DNA from: Hydrolagus affinis
Taxonomy: Eukaryota
Reading direction: 5' to 3'
DNA length: 64,000 nt
Assembly (NCBI GenBank): GCA_012026655.1
Contig: JAAILG010000132.1
Coordinates: 62,001 to 126,000 of the forward strand
Below are positions 53,082 to 64,000 of this stretch, piece after piece. The notes beneath the pieces were generated by a model. The model saw only the letters and a program-made list of their open reading frames with translations. It was not told where the DNA came from and ran no database searches. Position 1 is the first letter of the stretch; every line of letters begins with the position of its first letter. A program made the translations under genes and the position numbers.

Positions 53082-53405
53082 ATAATAATAATAATAATAA
53101 TTCTTGCATTTGATACAGCACTTTTCACATCTTCTAGACGTCTCAAAGCACTTCACAGAATATACTCTGAAGTGAATTGACTGTATATCTGTGGGCGAAA
53201 CGCGGCAGCCAATTGACACAGCAGTATCTCAGAAACAGCCATAAATTGAAATGACTAATTTATTATTGTTTTATTTGAGGGATTATTATTAGCCATGTGA
53301 AGTAAGGAAACTTGCCCATGGTTTCACCCTGCCTGGAAATGAACCTAGGTCTCCCACTTGTAAGGTGAGTGGTTGGTGTAGCCAACCACTGAGCTACAGG
53401 ACTCC
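53082..53405 (-). mobile_element. Full-length tRNA SINE
   Basis: All family modules present. Confidence 0.92.
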
Positions 53406-53679
53406 ACACCTAGGATTTTCAATTTAAAATAAAAGGCTGTGGACTGCCACTCATCGGCGGTAAGGGCAAGCTGTAACCATAGCAGCTCCCACAGCAGCAC
53501 TCCAGGGCACCAAGATCATAGCTCCTCTGTACTGGACATACCACACAATGTGCAAAGACCACTTAACAAAATTTGCAATGAACAAGTCGCCAATCATGTT
53601 CTGCTGGCCAGCATGTGCACCTTCATTGATGGCTTCATCTTCAATGCCCAGACCGTAGTTGATAACATGCCACAACCTC

Positions 53680-53960
53680 CATCCTTCAGATGAGATGCTA
53701 AACCTACGATCTGTCTGCTTGCTCAATATCCTGTTAAATATCCCTGTTAAATATCCCAGGCCACTATCTGAAAAGAGATGGAAGTTTCTTTCACATTAAA
53801 ATTGGGCATCCACTTAATGGCTGTTTTTATGAGAAATTGTTGTATGCAAATTGACTGACACACTTGCTTACAAATATAGTCACTTACTCCACTGCAAGAT
53901 CCTGTGAAGCATTTGAGGTGTTTAGACAATGTTATTATAGTGAATGCAAGGATTATTATT
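53680..53960 (+). mobile_element. Old SacSINE1-like remnant
   Basis: ttcagatgagatgctaaacc...tgtatgcaaattgactgac...cctgtgaagcatttgagg...gcaaggattattatt. Confidence 0.65.
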
Positions 53961-55574
53961 GTTAAGATTATAACATTTACAAGCAGGTTGACTGTATAAT
54001 TGCACATAGCATTCCAAGTTTTTTTTAAACACAGTATTTTTTGAGTAGCAGTGTACAGCTGCTATCTCACCTGAGCTGCAATTTAATGATGTCAGGTTGA
54101 AGTCCTGGAGACCATGTACAACCTCACTACATTTTCCAAGCAGGGTATGGTAGGTACAGAGGTGGATAACTATTATGACAAGGCTTATAGTCCGTGTTAT
54201 GGGAGTACTGACTGCAAAAGTTATGGGGTGCTGTAGAAATCGAAACATACACTTTAGAGGGACATAGTGTAATTTCATGCAATTGGATGAAAAATTTGAT
54301 ACTACTCATCAGATTTGGCGTCTGTTAAGAAACATGACAAATTCCAGTTAATAACTGAAGACTGACTGCACTTATAGACACCGTCCACCAAGACAACTTG
54401 GATTGTGGCACTGAAAACCAATGTTAACTCAGTTTCCTCACATATTACACTTTTCACCCACCATGATACGATAAACTGCAATTTGCTTTAAAAATCAACA
54501 ATGTTTGCTGGATACTTACAGTGAATATTATCCCAAATAAGCCAGCTTTGAGCAAACTTACGATAGAAAGCAAGCAAGTAACCAGTGAGGGGTTAATACT
54601 TTAATTCTTCTCACAAAATGGCTAAAGTTGACACAAAGGCTTTGACTGGTAATGTAACTTAAGGAGAGTTTTAATATTACATCTCTACCAATTATGCTGC
54701 CCCAGTACACTAATTTTACCTTCAGGACTCTCAGATTCAGTTTGTATACCAAGAACAATAGAATACTTTGAGAACCAGAAGATATGAATACCAAATGAAA
54801 GGTTAAGGGATCACTTTACCCATTCAGGAGCCAGTGACTTGGCACAGCCGTACTGTAATAGTTCCAAAACAAAACACTGCTGCCAACAGGCCAAGAGCTA
54901 GACAGGGAACAGATGATGAGTCTACTCTTCCATTTTCCATGTGGACGGATGCCATGAAATGGGTATTACCAGACATGATATTATAAAACAAAATATGTGT
55001 CAACCTCACTCAGGAATACAGTGAGCTGCTGTTTATTAAGTGTGTGGTAACTTGACTACAGAAAAATGAATGATGATTTCAGAGTTCACCACTCATAAAA
55101 GCTTACGTTGCTTAGGGTCTGCACTTTCTATTTTTTAAGATGTGGCTGACTGGACCCGAGATAATGTCAGCTTGGATCACGTGCTGGCAAACCTGTCAAT
55201 CAAGAATGGCTATTTTTGTCACTTGTTTATTTAGCTAAGGTCCTGTCACTCAGACACTGTGAGGTAGAGTTGTATACTTCGACTATTAATAGCCCACTTC
55301 ATTAATAATAAGTGAATAAAGATTGCTCAAAAGTAGTGTATGTGACAAATCGACTGCGATGATGAGATACCTTTATTATGTGTCCACATCCGTTCCCAGA
55401 GTTCATGAATACAAGAAACATCAAGCTTTAGATCAGCTCTGGTGCTTATTAATATGTGCATTCATGATACAGTACTGAGAATCTGACTTCAGTCACTGCA
55501 TGATTTTTTGCTCACTTACTACTGTTTCCTCTTCCCTCTATAATATTTCGAGCTAACATAGATGCATAGCCACC

Positions 55575-55866
55575 TCTGGTGGGGGAATCCAGAACAAGGG
55601 GGCATAATCTGAAAATTAGACATAGGCCATTCAAGAGTGAAATTAGGAGGCAGTTTTTCCACCCAAATGGTAGTGGAAATCTGGAACTTTCAACCCCAAA
55701 AGGCAATGGATGCTGGATCCATTCACATTTTCAAGACAGAGGTAGAGAGATATTTGTTAGGTCAAGGTATTAAGGGATATAGAGCAAGGCCGGGTAGATT
55801 TCAGTCATGTTCTTATAAAATGGCGGAACAGACTTGAGGAGCTAGGTAGCCTACTCCTGTTTCTTG
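55575..55866 (+). mobile_element. CR1 LINE 3' end
   Basis: GESRTRGHNLKIRHRPFKSEIRRQFF and VVEIWN...IHIFKTEVERYL (CR1 ORF2 C-terminus), followed by a 3' UTR ending gcctactcctgtttct. Confidence 0.9.
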
Positions 55867-57641
55867 GTTTCAATAACAGCAAGGTATCAAATCCGAACAT
55901 AAATTTTTTTCTCTCAGAATAACTAAAGCTCTCTGCTAACACGCCACTCAAAGCAAATGAGTGCTGCATCATGAGACCACTGGGAATCAGCTTGACCCCA
56001 CATGATCAGCAGCTCACCAGGAAATGGATGATCCCCTTGTAACTTATCTCCATGAGAAACTGGATGATAGTCACCACCACAATTCAGGGACAAACAGTTC
56101 CACTAGGTTCGCCCAGACTTAGAGACAAAAATCATAAACACTTTCCATACGCACTTATCTATATTGTTCTTACTTCGAAAGCAGTTTGAACTCTCCTGGT
56201 GCATGCCATTGGGCTGGAAAGTCACCACAGGAACAATGGGCATTTACAATAGCAGAAACATATTGGTGCAAGCAGGTCACCATTTTTAAAGGACTTGATA
56301 AACCTGGGTTTCAAATTATCCAAATTTCACCATATTGTAGAAATGTAAAATTAACTGGGATTGAAGCAATTCGGAACATATTGGAGCTTGAATCTGTTAC
56401 ATTCCTAGTCAATTCCTTCCATTACAAGTCTGTATTTTCTTTTTTTTCCAGGGTGGGGGGAGGGTTGTGGTGCTGGGTGCCTGTGTCCAACATATACAGA
56501 AACCTATCACCACGATGAAGAGTATAAAAACTACACTGAGAGTTCCAAGTATGTTACCTAAATGTGGAAATTCCTGTGTCTGGAATGGAATGCACACACT
56601 TTCCATTCCCCCCCCCAGGGGTGCATCCTGCTCACCTAATTCCAGAGAGTATTAAGTGGAGGTTGCCAAGAGCAGAGGCAATGGGACTCCATAGTGTGCA
56701 TTGGAATACTGCTGGAGTTTAACCAGCTAAATCTAGATATCTTACTGTGTAGAGCCCTGTCTGGTGAGCTTCCCTCTGTTTATCCAGCTAGGGCCACCTT
56801 ATCCATTAGGGATTTGCCTTCACAGCGTTAACAGGAACTGAATGGGAAGAATCCTTGCTACCAAGGAATGGTTTGCTCCTTCAATTCCTGTGGATGAGTC
56901 AGGCTGGCCAACATGATAATATATACAGTTATAGTCTTCCCCTGTTTGACATTTACTGGTTCACCTAATTTTATTGGAATCCTAGACTTTCGGCATCATT
57001 GTGAATGTTTGCCGCTCTATATGGCTAAAAATGGCAGTGCGTTAATAGAATGAGCAATATGAAAACAGTTTGCAAATAATATAGATAGTATTCTAATTTT
57101 AGAACTTTGAGCTTTGCTTTTTTAAGGTATATAAAGATAAGTTACTGGCTCATAGGCAATGGCAGTAAAGTTTGTTTAAACCTTTGTAAACATGACCGAG
57201 CAAATTCATGCATGTGAAATGTAGACCCCCATTGGGAGCTTGTGGTGCAAAGACTTGCGAAGTAATGAAATGCTAATCAATCACAGACGGTCAGTTTAAA
57301 ATAAAAAAAAATCTGCCTCTTCCCATCGTAAAGTTGAATATCTATTGTGTTCTTCAAAAATAAACAGTATTCCCATAATTGCAGTGTCCCAGGAAATACA
57401 ACGCGATGGAATTACGTCTTAATTTCAAGTCATGCTGAGTTTAATGCTAGGTTAATTTATGTGGGCAAAAGAGGGGGGGGTATCTTAAAAGTAAGGTAGT
57501 GGAGGTTGAGAGCAAAAAATGATTCTCAGACTACACAATAATGACATTCTCTGGCCTCTGCTCCCATGATTTTGGTGCAGTTTCACCCTACCTCTGGAGA
57601 TGAAAGAGTATGTCTATGACAAGCAAAATATGCAGTCACGT

Positions 57642-57935
57642 ATAATAATAATCCTTGCATTTGATAGAGAGCTTTTTATCTTCTAGACTTCTCAAAGTGC
57701 TTCACAGAATATACTGTAAAGTGAATTGACTCTATATTTGTGGGTGAAACGCAGCAACCAATTTGGCACAGCAGTGTCCCCCAAACAGTCATGGATTGAA
57801 ATGACCAATTTATCATTGTTTTTCTTCTTGAGGGATTATTATCACACGCAAGGAAACTTGCCCATCTTGCGTATAATCTAACCCAGGTCTCTCGCTTGCG
57901 AGGCTAGGGCTATAACCACTGAGCTACAAGACTCC
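57642..57935 (-). mobile_element. Near full-length tRNA SINE
   Basis: All family modules present; head is diverged. Confidence 0.9.
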
Positions 57936-58249
57936 ACGATGATATCACTGCATACGTGAGCATTCCATATAACATACTGGGAATGTTACTCCTTCGGTAC
58001 TTGGCAGTGATCTTTTCAAAGCTAAAGTGATGTAAATTCCCTTTATGTAGCTGGCCGCAGTGGTGAATTTAGGTGAATTTAGGTGGTGCAGTTTTGACGT
58101 GTGTCCATGATGGCAAGGCTGCTTATGGATCACTTAGTTGCAAGCTAAACCAGGTGTCATCTTCAAGCTTATACCCAAAGTGGACACTAACTGTTTGCAC
58201 AGGATCTGTTGTCAATTCTAAACTGCAATGAACACACAACCTCTTCATT

Positions 58250-58459
58250 CCTAATAATCCCTCCAATAATAATAATACTTCCAAAAAAACTATAATAAAA
58301 TTGGCCACGACTGTTTGTGGGATACTGCTGTGCCAAATTGGCTGCTGGGTTACGCCCAGAAACATACAGTCAATTCACTTTACAGTATATTCTGTGAAGC
58401 GCTTTAAGACATCTAGAAGATGTGAAAAGCGCTATATCAAATGCAAGAATTATTATTAT
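58250..58459 (+). mobile_element. SINE 3' two-thirds
   Basis: Deu-like segment, tail and (TTA)n. Confidence 0.9.
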
Positions 58460-58929
58460 ATTCATAGGCTGATTAATATTACAAATTTATATTTTATTTG
58501 ATCAACTCCACATGATTTTTTAATTTGCAACTCTAAAGCCCATGTATACCAATGAAAAATACGCAATATTTTCACCTTGAATATTAATAATGAAGTCCCA
58601 AACCACAGCCATTCACGCCTGCCACTTTGTCAAACATAAGCAAATGTAGTAGTGCAAACCTCCCATGGGTAGGCACAGAAAACATGGAAACAATTGGATG
58701 AGCTCCTTCAATTCAAATGCTCTTATCTGTCTTAAATTAAGCGGACATTTGACCAAAGAAAACAAAAACCAGCAAGAGGTCCGGTAAGCTGCTTACTTCT
58801 CTCTCGCACAAACACTGGCTCCCACGAGCTTGCAGTCTCCCACACTGTCTATCCATCAATCACAAGAGAGATGAGGATTGTCATCAGGAGTGGATCAAGA
58901 AAAGAGCAACTCTGTATAATTCTAAAATG

Positions 58930-59045
58930 TAGTTCATTTACATGGGTAAATGCATTGTTACCTTGTGGAAGTGAAGCATACAGACCAGGAAGTATGAAAC
59001 TTAGACTTAGGTTTGTGTTGTTATCTGATCTCAGCCAGGGGGGTT
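58930..59045 (+). mobile_element. LF-SINE-like 5' fragment
   Basis: tgggtaaatgcattg...tgtggaagtgaagcatacagaccaggaag...ttatctgatctcagccaggg. Confidence 0.65.
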
Positions 59046-60169
59046 TGTGGAGACATTGGTGGCTTTAATCTTCAAAGAAGTATAATTTCTGTTGTTGGCA
59101 CAGGTAATGATGGGCTGAATGGTCTCCTTTCACATGTGCACATTTCTACAATTCTATGGTGCAGATATGAATGTCGTGAATTACATATGAATGAGAAAAA
59201 GAATGTAGATAGACTGAATTTATGCTTATGTGTACCTTTTCCTTATCAGATTTGCTCTGGGAACTATATTCTGTTTTATTAAAATTCATAGTGCTCTAAT
59301 TAAACTTATATTACTACCAGGAATTGTATCCCATTGCAGCCCAGTGTTTGCACCATGATGCATTTTCTTTGATTTTTTTAATGGAGTAAATTCCCATTTA
59401 ATAACAAACCACAACAGAAGACTTGAGTCAAAAGCCTAGCTTTTCATCTCCACTGGATCCCAATAGATGGACTAGCAAAATGGTAATTGTGAAAATGTGC
59501 TGACAAGCATTTCTCTCTCCAATTTCTATCACAAAGGAACCACTGGTCGCATGACTAATATTTTGCTCTTTGAATTGGTTTCCATCACAACATCCCGTTT
59601 CTACTGCATTTAAAAGAGAGAGAAATTGCCAAACTTTGCAATGTGTTTGTAAGCTGAAAATATGAATCTTGGACATCTGTAACACATGGAATTCATTTGT
59701 TTACCGAATACGATTTAAATTAATGTCAAAATAATTAAGTGTCAGAGTTACATGATACCTTGGTGACAGAAAACCACTGATGATAAATTCAACATGCTAA
59801 AACTGTACATTTGTTCTTAAATGTTGTTAGAATCGGTTGTGCAAATGGCTCTTTATAAAAATATAATCTCTTGAAAGTTGCTGAGCTGCCCAGGGCTATC
59901 TGTCTTTTATTTTCCTGTAGACTCAACTATAAGGGGACATCATTTTGAACCATGTACAGAAGTCATGCTGCCCCATTAAAATGGTAGCTCTATATTGGAA
60001 TCTAAACCTGATGTATCCCAATTTATATATACTTTATTTGAATCAATGGCCATCATTGAACTAAAATTCTTTGGAATGAAAGCTGGGAATACTGTAAAAG
60101 CATCTGCTTTGCTTTCCTTTTGCTTGTACTTGCCCACAGGGATGGATAGAATATAAAAGAGCCACTTAC

Positions 60170-60247
60170 CTCAATGTTGTTCTCACACAGCTCTCTGCAT
60201 CTGGTTCCACAGCAACTTTGGCAGAGACGATAGTGACACTGGGAAAC
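60170..60247 (-). CDS. Internal coding exon (78 nt) of an unidentified - strand gene
   Basis: Minus strand: ttctctattaaacctctattgcAG|GTTTCC...ATTGAG|GTAAGT, a consensus donor. Length is a multiple of 3. Phase 2 reads FPSVTIVSAKVAVEPDAESCVRTTL; phase 0 is also open (VSQCHYRLCQSCCGTRCRELCENNIE). Confidence 0.7.
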
Positions 60248-60774
60248 CTGCAATAGAGGTTTAATAGAGAAAATAAATGAACTTAAAATTAGGGTTATAA
60301 AGAAAAATGCCCTGTTACCTCATCTGTTCATAACTTCAAAAGATCACAATGCGGGCTTGGATAAAGAAGGCTGTTCTGCCCATCTGATCCCATCCCTCTG
60401 GTTATGTGGTTAGCATAAGCAGTTTTTCTACAAATGTCATTACACTTAAAAGCACTATGAGATATTATGTACACTTTATGCATCGCAAGGATCACTGTTG
60501 TTGTATTAACAACCCTGGCTTCACCAATTTCAAAACAAAGGATCTCATTGACAATTTGCAGTGAGTCACTTGAAGCTCTTTGAGACATCTTCCCCGTGTG
60601 AATGGTGCAATATCAAACACAACATGATTAATATTTGATTAAATGTATAATTCAAACCGGATTAAAGCCCACTTTTGATAAGTCATCTTCACCCTGGTCA
60701 CCTTGAACAACAATTACAAGGAAAATGAGCGTATTTAATAAAAGGTGTGTAATTACCAAACTTTTGGGACATCA

Positions 60775-60969
60775 TATGTCGTCCCCTTCCTGGCCTCCTT
60801 CAAGTCCCGCCTGAAGGCCCTCCCCTTCGACGGTCCTATCGGTCAATCCAAATCCCCCACTTTCCCTCCACCCTCCCTGTCCCCAGCTCAGGTCTGAAAC
60901 AATGACTGTCCAGTGCCTTGGAATGTACTCCTGATGTGAAAGGCGCTATACAAGTGTAATCTTGTTGTT
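60775..60969 (+). mobile_element. L2 3' fragment
   Basis: ASFKSRLKALPF plus a 3' UTR closely similar to the 11431-11800 copy, ending in (TTG)n. Confidence 0.85.
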
Positions 60970-61110
60970 ATATACATTTATTTAACCATTTCTGCTTCAG
61001 CTGTAATGAGCTCATGACAAACCCAATGCAGCAGAACTCAGGGCTACCTGCTCAAGTCACTTCCCCAGAGATTCTGCTCTGAATTGGTAGTACTGTAGTG
61101 CATTCTGTGG

Positions 61111-61433
61111 TAATGATAATGATAATAATCCCTGCATTTGATATAGTGCTTTACACATCTTCTAGATGTCTCAAAGTGCTTCACAGAATATACTGCAAAG
61201 TGAATTGACTGTATATTTGTGGGTGAAACACGACAGTCAATTGCGCACAGCAGTGTCCCACAACTGTCGTAGATTACAATGACCAATTTTTATTTTTTAA
61301 TTATTATTATTAGGATTATTATTATTAGGCATGTGGAATAAGGAAACTTGCCCAAGGTTTCGCCATCCCGGGAATCGAACACATGGCTCTTGCTTGTGAG
61401 GCAAGTGCTCTAACCACTGATCTACAGGACTCC
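61111..61433 (-). mobile_element. Full-length tRNA SINE
   Basis: All modules present; box B (GTTCGATTCC on the minus strand) intact. Confidence 0.93.
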
Positions 61434-61848
61434 AATTCCAGTACTGTACTGTATAATTTCCCCCAATAAACGAACTGGCGTATTTTGATTGCATCATTTA
61501 CATGAGCAAGTTTTCAATAGTCCTCCTCCTAAAAGGCTCTATACAAATGTAAATGCCTATGTATATCACAAACTTGTGAATCAACCATCTCACTGAATTG
61601 AGGGTAACCTGTGTGATTGACAGAACAGAATGCAAGTTGCATGTGTTAGTCTTTCAGACTGTCTTTGGTTTGGGAAAAGAGCTATTGAAATTTATTTTCA
61701 GATAAACTTTCATTTTAAGAAGTGTTTTTAGCTTTTTTCTTCAAGTGTACACCAAACAGCCACAGCTGCCTGTCTGTTTGAATCCATTCAACAACAGTTC
61801 TGCCAAGGTATTCTTTAAATAATTTCAGCTGTACTTCAAAGACATAGT

Positions 61849-61865
61849 ATACACACACACACACA
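61849..61865. repeat. (CA)n microsatellite
   Basis: acacacacacacaca. Confidence 0.8.
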
Positions 61866-63399
61866 GCCTTCAGCCAACTAGCTTTCAGCCATTAACTAAG
61901 GTATTATTAAATCAGCACTATTGTTTACTATGTGTTATAATAGTGATTAATATATCTTCATTACCAACACGTCTCTTTGTCATTATACATGCCTGCAGGT
62001 AAGATTAAGCATTGCTTTAATTAAGATGCTATCACCAATGTCTTTTCCATCATGCTTTATAAACAACGATATTTTAGCAAAAAGAGTTGTATTCTGGGAA
62101 TATTTGTTTCAACATTGAATGTTCAGTTTTAGCCTTGGGTTGGAAGAGCGTGGCCTAATTGTAACAAGAATGTTCCTAAATCTAAACAGCTGTCTTGCAC
62201 TTCCTTAAATTTTCAGTAATTTGTAACTAACCCCAGGGTCATTCCAGGAAATAAGATGGTATTAGAGAAAGTGCAGACTACCGGCTTTTTAAATATTTTT
62301 TACCTTGAGGACAACTGCTGCACTCCACTCCAATGCCCTTCGAGTGAGCAGTACCTCCCAGCGTCGCCAAACAAAAAGCTCTTCATTACATTTCATATCA
62401 CTCATAACTGTCTGTCAAACAAACAACAGTAAAAACACCTGAACTGAATAATTCATTGTACAGTGGCTCATTGTGTTGCTTTTGTTAGGTTTGCAAATTT
62501 TATACAAAGCTCCTATCAATTAACTTTGAAGCGGTTCAAGACAGTTCCATTCCATCCCCCACCACCCCACCCCCCCCGCTGCCCGCACCCCATATGGACT
62601 ATGCATCTTGCAATTGTCACGAATGATCTTAAATATGGCAATAATTGTCTGTACAAATGTAATTCATTATATGGCATTTTCTATGCAATCTGGGAACAAT
62701 GTTAAAATAAACTCAGAGCTTTGAAACACTAAATTGAAACCGTTTACTGACTAACTAAACACAATGGTCTGCTATGATGCCCTACCACATGATGCAAAGG
62801 CAATAAGTGTTCTGCTTCATCCAGGACTGCCTACTGACTCAATGCTGGCCAGGATTCCCTGGTAAAAAAAAATGGGCCAAAGGGGTTATAGATTATAAAA
62901 CGGTATTGTAAGCCAAGTACAGTATTCCAAATAATGTTTTACACAGGACTCTTTATTTTTTTTAAACTGAATCGTTTTTCCTTATAAGCATTGCAAGAAG
63001 AAGGAATGCCACTATCCTGCGGCGAAAAAGATATAGTTACAAATTGAATTTCTCCCAAACAAAGCATCATCTGTTGTGATCACCAGAGCCCAGACTTTGT
63101 TTCTGAAGAGCATTATAAGATTTGCCAATTTTTTCCAAACTTTATTTTCAAAAATTTTAATTTCCCCTTTCTTTGTACAGTATATGATCCTCATCTTTAG
63201 ATCAACGCTCCAACTCACCTGACCTGACTTTTTGCTTTTGGTGTGAAGAGGTCAGAGCGACTGCCTCCCATACCCCTGCTCTCCAATAAACCGGCCATAG
63301 GGAGACACCCCAAGGCCTCAGCCACCTGTCCCCTTCAATAGTCCCTCCCATCCGGAACATACCTCAGGAGTCTGGTTGGAATGCAAGTGCAGACTAGAG

Positions 63400-63512
63400 A
63401 TAATAATCATAATAATCTTTGCATTTGATATAGTCTTATCACGTGCTCGAGATGCCTCAAAGAGCCTTCACAGAGTATAAAGCGATGTGGATTGACTGTA
63501 TTTTGTGGGTGA
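63400..63512 (-). mobile_element. SINE 3' fragment
   Basis: (AAT)n then ctttgcatttgatatag...ttcacagagtata...attgactgtattttgtggg. Confidence 0.8.
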
Positions 63513-63629
63513 GATCTAGCCATAGTTCATTCCTTACTCTGTGACTGTGATTATTAGGACTCTTCTCCAAATACTGTACTATTTTCTTTCCTGGTAATAT
63601 CACTGCATCACAACATTTGATGTTTTCAA

Positions 63630-63848
63630 GTTCAGAGTAGGGAGTTTCTCCCAATGTCCTGGTCAACAATCTCCCAGATAGAAGGGATCATTCACTTCAA
63701 CACTATTTGTGGGACATTGTGTGCAAATTGGCTGCCACGTTCACCAACAAAATACATAGCCACTACACTTTACAATAAATTCCTGTGAAGCACTTTGAGA
63801 TATCCTCCCAATGTAAAATGAGCTACAATAAAAGCAGGGATTATTACT
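63630..63848 (+). mobile_element. Old Deu SINE 3' half
   Basis: gggagtttctcccaatgtcctggtcaac...tttgtgggacattgtgtgcaaattggctgccacgtt...cctgtgaagcactttgagat. Confidence 0.78.
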
Positions 63849-64000
63849 TAAATTTTCATTTTGCACCTTGAATATTATTACCATTTAATTACTCATATAT
63901 GATGTTATGCACTGTACCAGATGACTGACCGCCACATGGCATGAGATTACATGATTAATGCACTAAATATCCAAAGGATCCATACCAGACAATATGCTCA

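Noticed and set aside
54821-54853. 33-nt possible minus-strand exon (TAVPSHWLLN or YGCAKSLAPEW)
   Set aside because: Poor polypyrimidine tract and a mediocre donor.
1-64000. CRISPR arrays, prokaryotic operons or defence systems, rRNA, known miRNA or snoRNA
   Set aside because: The sequence is vertebrate intron/intergenic DNA; repeats are dispersed retroposons rather than repeat-spacer arrays, and no mature miRNA I could recall matched. An Rfam/miRBase scan would be needed to exclude small RNAs.

Overview
AT-rich (roughly 38-40% GC by eye), CpG-depleted, repeat-rich vertebrate genomic DNA with one 100-N assembly gap (15099-15198). The repeat set points to a cartilaginous fish, most likely a chimaera such as Callorhinchus milii; this is an inference from remembered repeat families, not a database result. 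It includes a young ~310-bp tRNA-headed SINE with a (TTA)n tail in about 20 copies or fragments, older SacSINE1/Deu-type SINEs, LF-SINE-like relics, L2, CR1 and RTE LINE fragments, and TIR MITEs. Almost all six-frame ORFs are spurious or decayed LINE sequence. The credible coding signal is a few short spliced exons of two convergent genes I cannot name: a probable last coding exon on + (6110-6297) and two frame-preserving exons on - (60170-60247 and 44263-44331), plus weaker downstream candidates. Several repeat-free blocks look like conserved non-coding enhancers. I found no CRISPR array, rRNA, true tRNA gene or recognisable miRNA, and no clearly novel system. The best leads are the unidentified minus-strand gene, the composite SINE architecture, nested insertions, inverted SINE pairs around an exon, and LF-SINE relics.
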